A stretch of DNA of 64,000 nucleotides from Selaginella moellendorffii (Eukaryota; Plantae; Lycopodiophyta), in the NCBI RefSeq assembly GCF_000143415.4, contig NW_003314265.1, positions 2,242,785 through 2,306,784 on the forward strand. The letters are read 5' to 3'. Position numbers and translations under genes: made by a program. The notes under the pieces are model-generated. The model did not search any database, was not told the DNA's origin, and saw nothing but the letters and a program-made list of their open reading frames with translations. Shown here one piece after another: positions 51,087-62,385 of the stretch (position 1 is the first letter of the stretch; the number at the start of each line of letters is the position of its first letter).

Positions 51087-51650
51087 ATGGCGGCTCCAGC
51101 TCCAGCTCCATTTCCAGATTCCCACAACGATGAGTCGCTACTGAGGTCCGGCCACGCCCTGGCTTGCGCGATTTCATGGGGGATCCTCGTCCCAATGCTC
51201 GTCTACAGGGAGAATTTCCTGCCCAGTCCCCTGCCGCGATCTCACATCCTTCTCAAGGCGGCGCTCTACGCCATCGCCGCGGCCGCGACGGCGATCGGGT
51301 TCTGGGCGAGCGCGATCTCTCACGGCGGCATCGCCAACCACAAAGCCCACTTCGGCATCGCGATCGCGCTGCTGGCGATGGCATTTCTCCACCTGGTGGG
51401 AGTCAAACATCGGGTGTGGGGCATCGAAATCTTTGGCCTCATCGTCATGGTTCTCGCCATCACCGATGTGTTTGGTGGATTCGGGATCCTCCGGCCTCAC
51501 CGCGTGTGGCGGATCGCCTACGTTTCGATCATCGCCACGCTCATCGCCATTGTGGGCTGCTCGATGTGCTGCCTCTACTGCTGCTTCCAGGGAGGGGTGC
51601 TCTGTTTCTTTACGTTTAGGAGGCATGTACAGGCCGAGGATGATTTCTAG
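51087..51650 (+). CDS. Intronless cytochrome b561-like membrane protein (CYBDOM-type b561 domain, no DOMON), copy 1
   Basis: HALACAISWGILVP, KAHFGIAIALL and DVFGGFGIL...WRIAY; about 5 TM segments. Confidence 0.7.
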   Translation: MAAPAPAPFPDSHNDESLLRSGHALACAISWGILVPMLVYRENFLPSPLPRSHILLKAALYAIAAAATAIGFWASAISHGGIANHKAHFGIAIALLAMAFLHLVGVKHRVWGIEIFGLIVMVLAITDVFGGFGILRPHRVWRIAYVSIIATLIAIVGCSMCCLYCCFQGGVLCFFTFRRHVQAEDDF

Positions 51651-51905
51651 CTTTGATCTTGCGAGGCAGAGCAATGAATTTCTTCAATTTCTTCAAGAAA
51701 ACAGAGTGGATCTCGCTCTGGCTATATAGGCCGAGGATGATTTCTAGCTTTGATCTTGCGAGACAGAGCAATGGAATTTCTTCAAGAAAACAGAGTGGAT
51801 CTCGCTCTAGGAATTGGCTACATAGGCCGAGGATGAATTCTATCCTTGATCACACTGGGCTTTTGCGAAACAGAGCAATGGAATTTCTTCAATTTCTTCA
51901 AGAAC
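51631..51905. repeat. ~97-bp tandem repeat x3 between the convergent b561-like genes
   Basis: AGGCCGAGGATGA starts at 51631, 51728 and 51824. Confidence 0.9.
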
Positions 51906-51959
51906 AGGGGAATTGGATTGGAATCGCTCAATTCCTCCAAGAACTCGCTAATTCCTTCT

Positions 51960-52526
51960 CTAGACTCCGTAGGATGTGGTGAACGTAGCGCTCTCCTGGC
52001 GGTGAATGTAGCCACTCTGGAGGGGACGCAGCACACACATGAGAATCTCCGCGGCGACCCCAGCAACGCATCCCAGCGATAGCACAACGGTGTACGCAAT
52101 CCTATAGCCGCGGGGAGGATCCAGCATGTCGAATCCCTTGAAAACATTGACGATCCCCATGATCATCACCGCCCACGCCACTCCATCCACCGGGCAGCAG
52201 CAGTAGCACTGGAATCCGGTCGCCCCTATCCCTCCCAGCACCAGCAGCGCGATCGCGATGCTGAAGTGCGCCTTGTTTCCAATCTCTCCCGCGTCGCCGG
52301 CGAGCCACAGGCCGACGATCGTGCCGCCAAAGCCCAGCGTGTAGGCGATGATCCTCACGGCGTAGAAGAGCTTGAGGTGCCTGCCCTGGACCTGGAGGCG
52401 CGTCACGAATCCATACCAGCGGATCACCAGCGGGATCAAGATCCCCCACGAGAGCGCGCACACGATTCCATGGACGTTCCTCACGGTGTGATGGGAGTTA
52501 TTGTCGTAGATGCTTCCGTTGGCCAT
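51960..52526 (-). CDS. Intronless cytochrome b561-like membrane protein, copy 2
   Basis: RNVHGIVCALSWGILIP, KAHFSIAIALL and VNVFKGFDMLDP...YRIAY. Confidence 0.75.
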   Translation of the reverse strand: MANGSIYDNNSHHTVRNVHGIVCALSWGILIPLVIRWYGFVTRLQVQGRHLKLFYAVRIIAYTLGFGGTIVGLWLAGDAGEIGNKAHFSIAIALLVLGGIGATGFQCYCCCPVDGVAWAVMIMGIVNVFKGFDMLDPPRGYRIAYTVVLSLGCVAGVAAEILMCVLRPLQSGYIHRQESATFTTSYGV

Positions 52527-52925
52527 GAAAGAAAGAGTTTCTCTCCTCTCAATTTCGCGGAGAAAACCTTTTACTCTTTCTCGAGCTCATTCTCGGAGAG
52601 CAACTGTTTGGAGATCTCTTGTTTGACGAAGAAAAGCTTCTACGAAACGACAACGAAAAAACGCTGAGAAGCGTTCTTTCACGCGTATTGCGAGCACCAC
52701 GTCTCACAAGTCTATTTACATGTGCTACAAATGAAAAGTCTACGCTGATCTTCCGGGTATGAGCCAAAAAAAAAAAAAAAAAACCAAAGCGGAAATCTCT
52801 GCATGACGTGAAGAAGCTGTTAGTCATCTCGACAAGAAGAAATCGACGAGAAAGAAACTACAATCATCTGGAAGAACAGAAAAAAAGAAAAACTTTTCAA
52901 AGCTTACCGAGTAGCTAGCGCTGTT

Positions 52926-53958
52926 CTAGCCGCGCTTGATGCAAATCTCGGTCCGTATGCGTCCATCAGGAAGATGGCAGTAGTCTGGAACGCACAAATA
53001 CGGCCCTGCTTCCGCCTTGGCCATGCTCTTTGGCACGCACTTCATCCACAGCTCCACCTCCCCGCCCTTGAAAACCGAGATGCTCACCTTGACGTTCTCC
53101 TGGTGGCGAGCAACCTCGGACGGATAGAGGCGGCCGGAGGATCCCTGCTGCTCGAAGTGGATGAGGAACATCGCCTCGGACGATCCAATCCGGACGGGGA
53201 TGATCCTCGCCTCGCTGGCCTTGAGCGCCATGCCGAACTCGACGTTGTAGTCCGGGACTTCGATGATGTTCCAGCGGTGGTGGTCGCTGAAGTGGGCGCT
53301 AAACTGCGACGCCGCGCCGGTGAAGCTGCAGCTCGCGCACCTCCGGGGGGCGAAGGAGCACTTGGTCTCGTGAGCTCGCCGCGCGTAGATTGGGAACGCG
53401 TCCGGGCAGCCAAAGGACGAGTTGGAGCACAGCACGGAGAAGCAGCCAACCAGCCGCTCCAGCGCCTCGTTCCGGAAGCTCTCGACGGTGCCGGGGCATG
53501 AGCACCACCTCCGCTCGGTGTTGCGGCAATGCGCGCAGACGAGGTGATGGTTCCGGCACTGGAAACGAGCAATTCAATCGAAGATAATGCTATGAGTTGC
53601 AAGAATAGAACACAAAACAAAGATCTAGCAAGCCCGAAGCATAGATATGAGTAACAGTAATAGCCAAAGATCTCGCAAGCAGTTAATAGATTCTCGCAAG
53701 CCAAAACGAAAGAGTTATGCAAATAGAACACAGTCATAAGATCTCACAATCTTAAACTAACAAGATCACAAGAAGAGAACGAGATACCTGGTAAATGCAG
53801 CTGACGAGAACCTCCTTGCAGAAGCCACAGGAAATAACGTTGAGGGTGAATGTGAGCGAGATGGGCGAGTAGGGCGATGAGAATGGCGCCGCGCTTGGAG
53901 CGCCTGGCGACTCGTCCAGCCCCGACAGCTTGGGCCTCTTGGCCAGCGTGGTCGCCAT
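52926..53958 (-). CDS. SINA-like E3 ubiquitin ligase. Exons 53958-53788, 53558-52926
   Basis: CGFCKEVLVSCIYQ|CRNHHLVCAHC...RNEALERL...CSNSSFGC...HETKCSFAP...CSFTG...HFSDHH gives RING plus SIAH zinc fingers. Confidence 0.85.
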
Positions 53959-54305
53959 CGCCCTTCTCCACAGGAACCCTAAAATAAGAGGAGTCCCAAG
54001 ATCATTTCTACAAAATGAACGATTGCTCTCTGATCGCATTTGCGTGTCGTATCACTGCATTGCGTCCAGTCCTGCTTCATGCTTTCTTGCAAGAATTTGC
54101 TTCCTAGCTTTTGACACAGTTAAAGATCCCTACGATCCCTTTTTTTCGTGCTTTTACAAAGACGCTTGGGTTGATCTATATTCTGACGCCCGGCGTTCTT
54201 CCATCATCGAAAAATGGGAATCATTGTCCAAGTTCATTATCTTGGAGCTCCTCCAAAGTGTTCTGGGCGTGTGCCAACAAGACCCGCGATGTTTACTTGC
54301 GTACG

Positions 54306-54510
54306 AACTATAAGCCACGAAAACTTTGACTCGAGGAATGGGATTGGTCCAGATTAAGACTCGTAAACGCTTCGTTGTTGGGAAGCTCATTCACGCTTCG
54401 ATCTGATAGACAACAAGACTATAAGCCAAACTATAAGCCATGGAGTCTTACGAAAACTTTGACTCGAGGAATGAGTTTGGTCCAGATTAGATGCCAGACT
54501 CGTAAACGTT
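54306..54510. repeat. Short imperfect direct duplication
   Basis: AACTATAAGCCA...CGAAAACTTTGACTCGAGGAATG...TGGTCCAGATTA...AGACTCGTAAACG occurs twice, ~125 bp apart. Confidence 0.8.
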
Positions 54511-55179
54511 GCGTTGTTAGACATGTTGAGCGTGTTATTCATAACAAAGCAACAATCGAGGTTCTCAATTTTCTTAAAGTGGACTTCTCATTCATCTGAG
54601 AAACAAGTAAAAGAGAATGCACTAATTTACTAAGGGTGTAAAGCTCGTCACCACACTCCAACGCTTTTGGACCTCCAAAAGTGTATTTGGCGGCCTAAAT
54701 AGTGCTGGTGAAGAAATTGTTCCAAGCACCAAGCTTCGAGGTCGAGGGAAGCCTTTTTTTCCAGTCAAATTCTTGATGGATACTATATCCTCCGCCATCC
54801 GATCAACGCTGTCAATGCTAGCGTGGTGAGCGAAAGCTTCCCATTTGTTCTCTTTTACTCCTTTCGGGCCAAAAAAGCTGTTGCTAGAACTCTCCATCAA
54901 CTTCCCCGCGAGATTTTGTTTTGAAACTCCTACTCCAGAGACACATTTCCCTTTCTGGCGATAGATTCAATCCCGGTATTTGCTTGAGGAGCTCCAATCG
55001 ATCAGCCTTGCTCGAGTTTCGTCCGGCAAGCTCTCGTGCTTCCTGGAGCTCCGTTAGAGCACAGGACAGGGATATTACGTATGAAAGTTATGGGTTGCCC
55101 CAAGAGCCCTAAAACAACAGGGTTTTTGGAATCGAGGAAGGTGAGCGTAGAGATGTAATACGCGCGGATCCATCGATCC

Positions 55180-58100
55180 ATGGGGCGGCAATCGGCGCTT
55201 GGCGGCGCTGGAAATGCATCGCAGGATTTCTACAGGGATCGCTGGAAAAAGTCGGATTTCGGGGCCAACGCGATCCAGGAGAACCTGGAATTCGTCCGGG
55301 ACAGGCGATGGGTCGTGAGCGAGTGCTTGCGGAGGCTGTGCTCTACCTCCGAAGCCATGGCGGCGCTGCTAGCTTACGGCCTGGCGGAGACGGAGAAATT
55401 CAGGGATCAGGCTGGAGGAGGCGACGACGAGAGGAGATTCTTTCTTCTCGGGAGATTGCGTTTGCTCCAATTCAAGGATCGCCTCGACACATACCTGGGG
55501 ATTCATATGGGGAGGTTAGTCTTGCTCTTTCGTTTCCTTTTTCTTTCTCGTTTTCTCAATGTAGTGCTATACTTCCCAGGTATGATCCTCAAAAGTACAT
55601 GATCTTTCGATCGACCAGCTTGCACAGACTTGCGTCTACCTTCGCCGAGCACGGGAAGACGGGTGCTCTCGAGCTGCTAATGAAGCGTCACGGCTATGCT
55701 CTAGCTCCTCACGTCTTGAGCATTTTGGACGGGATTCCAGAGACGCTTTCACCTCACACTTACGAGCAGCTTCTTCCGAGGTTGTCACCACCTCAAGTCT
55801 TACTTCCTCGTCGGGGCCAAGACTGGATTGAAAGCGAAGCTGTGGTGAGGCTGGCAGATGCTGGAGTTTCCGGCGAGGTTGATCTTCACGAGTGTACCGA
55901 GTTTATGGTGAACTTGTCCAGAGGTTTAAGGTGGCCTGCGGCGGAAGAGATAACTTCGTGGTATCTGCAGCGAGCGAGAAGAATAGACCAGCTGAGTGGT
56001 CAGCTCGAGAACAGCTTGTTTCTTCTGGATGCTGGGATACAAAAGGGCGTCAGCGGATTGAACGATCTGTGGAAGGACGTTGCGGACCTTTGCAGGGTGT
56101 CCTTCTCGAATGCCGAGTGCAAAGAGGACGACGCGAGCTTGGCACTGGCAGCGTGGGAAGCTCTGGATGCGTTTGACAAGTTTAAGATGATGCTGAGGGG
56201 CGTGACCGAGGACAACGTTGTGGACAGGCTGATGGAGGTTGCAGTTCCTTTCGTACAAGGGCTGGCTGAGCAAGGAGAGACGCAGCAGAGCTTTCTCGTT
56301 CGATATCTCAAGGAGGTTGCGTCAGCGAACTTGCAGCTTTGTGCGGTTGTCTTGGAGGATTCGTGCAAGCCACCATACAAAGGTGTGCTGTTCAAGGACG
56401 AAGCGGAGATAATTGCTGCGGGTCTGGACTGCATCTATAGCTCTTCGCAGACAGATGAGTGGGAGCTCATGGCCTCTATTCTTTCAAGGTTACCGTGGGA
56501 AGATGACAAGCAGCAGCAGAAGGCCAGTGATACTTATGGCGAAAGGGGTTTACGGAGAGGTTTTGTGAATGCACTGCGATATCCTAACAGAACATTAACA
56601 GACACATCGATGGATGCACCTTTCAACGTGAGCCCGACGAAAAGGTATCCTGCAATCAGCGGTGAACTTGAGAGACGGTTGAGGACAGCCGAAGGACACA
56701 TACAGGCTGGAAAGATTTTGTTTCGCTATCAGGTATGTTTCGAGCTCTATTATATGTTCGCTAACTTACTAGTGCTGTTGGCAGCTTCCAACGAAAATAG
56801 GATTCTTGGCTTCATCCAATGAGGATGTGAAAGGAACCAAACAGATGCTTCGTATATTATTGTCAAAGTTTTTGCGGAAGCATCCAGGCCGATCAGACGG
56901 GGAATGGAATGCACTATGGCGGGACTTACAGGTTCTTCAGGAAAAAGCCTTCACATTTCTTGAGAAGGACTATTTACTTTCTGAGTTTTGCCGGGGCCTT
57001 CTAAAAGCTGGAAGATTTCACCTGGCAAAATCATATTTTAAGGATCCTGGAGTTGCTCTTCTCAGCGAGGAAAAGATCGAAAGCCTCGTGCTGCAAACGA
57101 GTCGAGAGTTCTTCTACTCTGCAAACACTCTGGATTCTCCAGACGTAAGTCTTTCGCCTTGAAGCTGTATTTGATGCTGAAGTTCGTGTCTCTTGCAGAT
57201 TGACAGGGCTAAGGACTGTTTAAGCCTCATACCAGATTCCGGGTCTGGGATAGCTGAACGTGATATCATTGTAGCCGTCACCGAAAGGCTACCATATCTG
57301 GGTGTGACGATGCTGCCAGCGCAGTTTCGTCAGATCAAGGATCCGATGGAAGTTCTGAAAATGGCTATTGAGTCTCACAAGGAGTCTCACGTTCCGCTCG
57401 AGGAAGTGTTCGAGGTGGCGAGACTGCTTGGTTACAAAGATACCAGTCAGATGGCCTTTGTCGAGGAAGCACTTGCTCGAGAAGCAGCCGCTCACGGGGA
57501 TGTTGCTGTGGCTCAAGAGCTGTGCCTTAGCCTGGCAAGGAAAGACCATGGCAAAGTCTGGGACCTTTGCGCAGCTATTGGACGGGGTCCCGATGCGGAG
57601 AGACTAGATATTAAGTCCCGGAAGGAGCTCATCAGCTTTTCACTCCGCCATTGCGACGGCGAGTCTATTGGAGAGCTACTGTCTGCGTGGAAGGAGTTCG
57701 ACTTGGTAGATGAGTATTTACCAGTGACACTTCTAGAGGTGTCTGACTCTGCCTCCACAGAGGGATCTGCCTCCACTGAGGGATCAGAAAAGGAGGAAGT
57801 AGGCGCACCAGACGATTTTCTCCAAGACGATGTTACGACGCCAAAGGTCTGTTAGTTGCTTTTGGTTCCTTGGTGTTTTGATATCAAGGTTGTTTTGCAG
57901 GACGATGAGCCTTTAACCGAGCTGGACGAGACGCCTACGAATATAAGCTCGTTGGAGCCTACTGAAAGTAAACTAGCCGTTGCCGCCCGGAGGTCCAGGG
58001 ACATAGTTGCTCAGGAGTTTGCAGACGGTGAAGTTACAGAAGCTGACCTGGCGAGCGTAGAGGATGCATGGCACTGTTTTTCGAGGCTAGCCGAGAATAC

Positions 58101-59019
58101 TTCGACGAAGAAACAAGCCGCGGCTCTAAAGCTACTGCTTGAGGAGTGGGAAACTGTCTTTGAGACCAAGGAAGACAATGAAGACGACTTGCAACGAGCT
58201 GAAGACAAGGGTGGTGAGGATGGCTGGGGCGACGGGTGGCAAGATTTTGACGTTGCTGAGACGGTAGAAGCTCCCAAGCTACAATCACTTTGGAAGATAG
58301 CCTGCCAGAAGCTGATCCAGTACCGAGGCCTTGAAGCAGCTCTGAGCGTGCTGGATAGGTGGTCTACGAGCTCATCCGCTCTACTCAACAAGGACGAAGC
58401 CGAGGAATTTGTCCACTGTGCAGCACAAGAGAATCCACTGTTGGGGCTGAAGTTTGCACTCTTGCTCCCCTATGAATCTCTGAGGAGCACTTATATGGAT
58501 CGTGTTGAGGCTGAGTTACAGAGTCAGGGTGCGGTTCTGGACAAAGCAGCTATGGTTTTACTTCTTTCGGCACGACTTCTTCCAACCATCGCTAGTGCTT
58601 CAAACTTAACCGGTCTTTTCTCGGCTCTCTCGAAAGGTTTTGCGGAGCTCCTTCACAAGTCTCAGGCAGGAATACTGTTACCCGAAGACAGCCTTGGAGC
58701 TCCATCTCTGAACGTCATCGTGCCATACTTCGTCTCGGAGATGACGAGAGGACGTCACTATGGAGCTGCTGCCAGCTTGGTGCTCCAACTCATGCGAGTG
58801 CCACAGTCTTTTGCTACGTGGAACATATCGCACTTTGCACTGAAACGCTACCTGGAAGCACAGCAACAGCAGCAGAGGCAGAAGAGGGAAAGCTTCGACC
58901 CTGAAAGGCTGAGAGAGAGCTCTCTTTTCTACCTCTGCGAGACGATTTCCCGCATGGTAGCCTCTTTCGACGTGGTTGTGACCGAAGCTTTGATGACACT
59001 TGCGAAGGATATGAAGTAG
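55180..59019 (+). CDS. MIP2: MAG2-interacting protein 2 / NBAS / Sec39-like ER tethering protein, 5 exons, apparently lacking the N-terminal propeller
   Basis: VVSECL...ALLAYGL, RLRLLQFKDRLDTYLGIHMGR, GALELLMKRH, WYLQRARRIDQLSGQLEN, EFCRGLLKAGRFHLAKSY and ALLLPY. Confidence 0.82.
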
Positions 59020-60164
59020 CTGCTCGGATCTCTGACCTGGTCAGTACTGGAATTCTTATTCTTTTTCTCTTTGCAACGTGTGCACGCTGAATGATTTTGG
59101 TATTGTTTTCAGACGTCTCGCCTAGCTTCTGACTTCTGCAAGAAGCATGGAAATCTTTAACCGGCAGATATTTCAACGCGCCACTCAGCCTTCAGATGCA
59201 TCCTTCCTGGGAGGGGGAGGATTTTAGAAGCGCCGGAAGAATAATTTGCGAAGGTGGCCCAAGCATACGATAGCAGCGTGGGCCAGGTATTCTTTGTTCT
59301 TATACAAGATCTGATAGCTTAAAATCGCGTACTTATCCAGTTTTCCAGGTGGCCCGCTTAGCAAGTTGCTCAAACAGACAAAAGTCACATTCGGTTGCAT
59401 GTTGTTGAGTGGTGGCAGCTTGGCTGGTTCGAGTTTAGTCCTCTGACATCAAAAGCGAAACACATTGCTCTCATTCATGATACTTCATGAACTTGGGAGC
59501 TCTGTTCCGATTCCAAGGTAAAGGTTTTATCTCGTCTCGTAAACTAATCCCTTGTTACTGCGTTGAATGCAGTGTGTTTTTTGTTGTATGTTTATTCCAC
59601 CTAAGCGCGTTGAAATGCCATAGTTAAGAATCTTCAAGGCTCGTGTTATCTTTTCCCTTCTTATATCTTGCCGATTTTTCTTTTAGCTCGAGATTGATGG
59701 CGAGGTTTGAGGCCGACACAAGCGCTTGGTCGATACCGACAAGTTAGCTCAAGTGGCCCTCTACGACGACAAACAGGTGCTCTCAAAAGCTGGGCCACTC
59801 CTTGTTTTAACGAGTTCGTTTTTCTTCGAGTTTGCAGCTATATGATACTGTTTCCAATGCGGAGTTGAATGATTGAGAGGGATAGCTAGCAACGACGATG
59901 ATGCTAGCGGTAAGCTTTTCCCCTTGCCGCCAAAACAAAGGTGAAGGCCAAGGGTGGTAAAGCCAGCATCACCAAGTTTGGTGGTGTAAACACTGTATTT
60001 GTGGGCCATTTGTGTCTACGAGGAGGCAAGCCCGGTGAGGGCTGAAGAACACACAGGGACACAGAGAAACAAAGAAGGAAATTTGTGAACAGGTTGGGGC
60101 TGGAAGAGGGAGTCTCAACAATCGATTTTTTTTCTTCCCGGAGCCGATCAAGGTGGAGAATTAA

Positions 60165-61167
60165 ATGGCTTATTCTTGCTTCTCGGCACAGAGCAGGCAG
60201 TGGCTAGCTTTCCTGGACGAAAGTTTGTTGGAGGAGCTCACCAAGCCGCAGCCGATTCTTGTTCTCTCTTCGGAGCAGCAAGAACAGGTCCAATTGCAAC
60301 ATGGTTCTTGTTTCAGGTAACTCCAACTTTCATTTTCACCTCGGATTCATCACAATCGCGTCTCTTGCAGAGCCGAGTCTCTAAAGCTTGACAAATCGCC
60401 TCGCAAAAGGTCGACTTTTTCTTTAGTCTTGTAGCTCTGCTTCGCCCGTCGCGACGATCTTATTCTCATTTCTTCCGAGTCCCTGAGTTTGAAGTTTGGT
60501 TGACAAGTTTTGCTTGTTCTTCGTTCGATTTTGCAGGCCGCGGGACGATGCAACGTCCTCCAAGGCTGTCCGAGAGAAGATGAGACGGGATAAGCTCAAT
60601 GATAAGTGAGTTGCCTCACTGTTTCCACGGGACTCCTGTGTTGAAAAGTTGTACTCTTGACAGGTTTCTGGAATTGAGCGGCGCACTGGAACCGGGAAGG
60701 CCTCTCAAGTCCGACAAATCCGCCATCCTCATCGAAGCGGCATGCGTTTTGCTGCAGCTGCGACAAGAGGCCCAGCAGCTCAAGGAATCCAACGACAAGC
60801 TCCGTGAAGCTGTTAAAGACTTAAAGGTTCGTTAGTGCGACACAGCAGAGCAAAGCAAAGCAATTACTCTCGCTCGCTTCCGCAGATTGAGAAGAACGAA
60901 CTCCGGGACGAGAAGCTCAGACTAAAAGCCGAGAAGGAGAGGCTCGAAGAGCAGCTAAAGACGTTCTCGGTCTCCTTCGTCCCTCATCCCGCGTACCAAG
61001 CAGCGGCCGCGGCCGCGGCACTGGCTGCTCAAAACCACTCGCTTCCACCCTCCGAAAAGCTCAAGCTCGAGACGGTGTCGGCCTTCCCGGCAGGCGGGAT
61101 GTGGCAATGGATGCCTTCGTCGTCCACTTCGACGGAGGATTCTCTCTTGAGGCCTCCTGTAGCTTGA
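60165..61167 (+). CDS. bHLH subgroup IVc (ILR3/bHLH105-like) transcription factor, 5 exons
   Basis: N-terminal WLAFLD; KAVREKMRRDKLNDKFLELSGALEPGRP; EKNELRDEKLRLKAEKE zipper; MWQWMP and C-terminal LRPPVA*. Confidence 0.92.
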
Positions 61168-61355
61168 GCGACTTTTTCTTCATCCTGGCGAACTTTTTGT
61201 CTTGTGAATAGGAAGTGGGCGTAAGAACAACTTCTAACTGTATGTAAAACCATAACTATACAATGACAAGAGCCGTATGATCGTGGATCAAAACCACTTG
61301 CATAAGGAAAATCAAACTTTCTGAAAAAACCATGAAAACCACACCTGGTAACCTT

Positions 61356-62108
61356 TCACGCTCCCACAGTCATGAAGGATTCATGAACGTGCCTTAGCAT
61401 GGGCTCGTCTCTCGTCCAGTCCTGCGTGGGAGCTCTCACGTAGTGGGCGTAGAGCTTGTTCTTGGCGCACGTAACGAAGATGAGGCTGTGAGCCACCGGC
61501 CCCTGGATCTCATACTCGTAGTAGAGCTGGCCGGAATCGTTTTGCTTGTCCGAGGCCTTGATGCTATCGGCCTGGGAGATATCGTCTTGCAAGCTCACGT
61601 CCGAGAGGGAGAGATCGTTGAGGACGTTGTCTCGGTTGGCGAGCTTGCGAAATCCTGCCAAGTATGTGAGGTAAGTCTTCTCACCTTTCCTGCGTGGGTT
61701 GTAAAACTCCGAGTCGGTCCCATTCGTGCCCTTCTCGACCTTGGAGATGAGGCGCTCCTTCCATCCCTGGGGCACCTCGAAGATATACTCGGCCGAGTCC
61801 TTCTTGCTCGCATTCCCGCCATAGCCGCCATAGCTGGACGCGCTCGCGGCTGTGCCGTAATACGTCTCAAACGGCGAGGATCCCTCTTCCGCCGCTGCCG
61901 CCACCGGGGAATCGAGAGAGAATGCCGCCTTCGAATTCGATCCAAATGCCGTGGACGACGCAAGCGCTAGCAGCGCTAGTGCCTGCCGCCTACCGCATGT
62001 AGCTGTGGATGCCGAGGCGATCGATCCTCCTCTTCCTGCCGCCGCGAAAACCCTAGCCTTAGAAGACCTGGGGAGAGTGGCGAGGGAAATACAAGCCATT
62101 GCCGCCAT
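61356..62108 (-). CDS. Thylakoid lumenal 19 kDa protein (PsbP/Mog1-like fold), intronless
   Basis: TAT signal GRRQALALL; YYGTAASASSYGGYGGN...EVPQGWKERLISKVEKGTNGTDSEFYNP. Confidence 0.88.
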   Translation of the reverse strand: MAAMACISLATLPRSSKARVFAAAGRGGSIASASTATCGRRQALALLALASSTAFGSNSKAAFSLDSPVAAAAEEGSSPFETYYGTAASASSYGGYGGNASKKDSAEYIFEVPQGWKERLISKVEKGTNGTDSEFYNPRRKGEKTYLTYLAGFRKLANRDNVLNDLSLSDVSLQDDISQADSIKASDKQNDSGQLYYEYEIQGPVAHSLIFVTCAKNKLYAHYVRAPTQDWTRDEPMLRHVHESFMTVGA

Positions 62109-62147
62109 GGCCACTATATCCGCATTGGCAAAGTTTTTAAACTCCGT

Positions 62148-62232
62148 GACGTGTCCCAAGAATATACCAAATGCTGTGCCCTAGATAAATCCACGTATCT
62201 GACACGTGGCTTACGTCCACGTGGCGACGCGT
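62148..62232. promoter_or_regulatory. Cluster of ACGT/G-box elements in the divergent TL19/DnaJ-Fd promoter
   Basis: GACGTGTC, CCACGTA, GACACGTGGC, TACGTC and CCACGTGGC within ~85 bp. Confidence 0.5.
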
Positions 62233-62385
62233 GCGTGGAGATACTTTGAGTGTGCTCTCCACGCACACAAAAATTTCGTTCTCGTTGCGAGAATATTTCT
62301 AGGCTAGGTAAGACGAGGCCATGGCGCCAGGCAAGCTCTAGAGATTCATTTTCTATGCGCTATAGCAGCTAGACCGATCAAAGAA

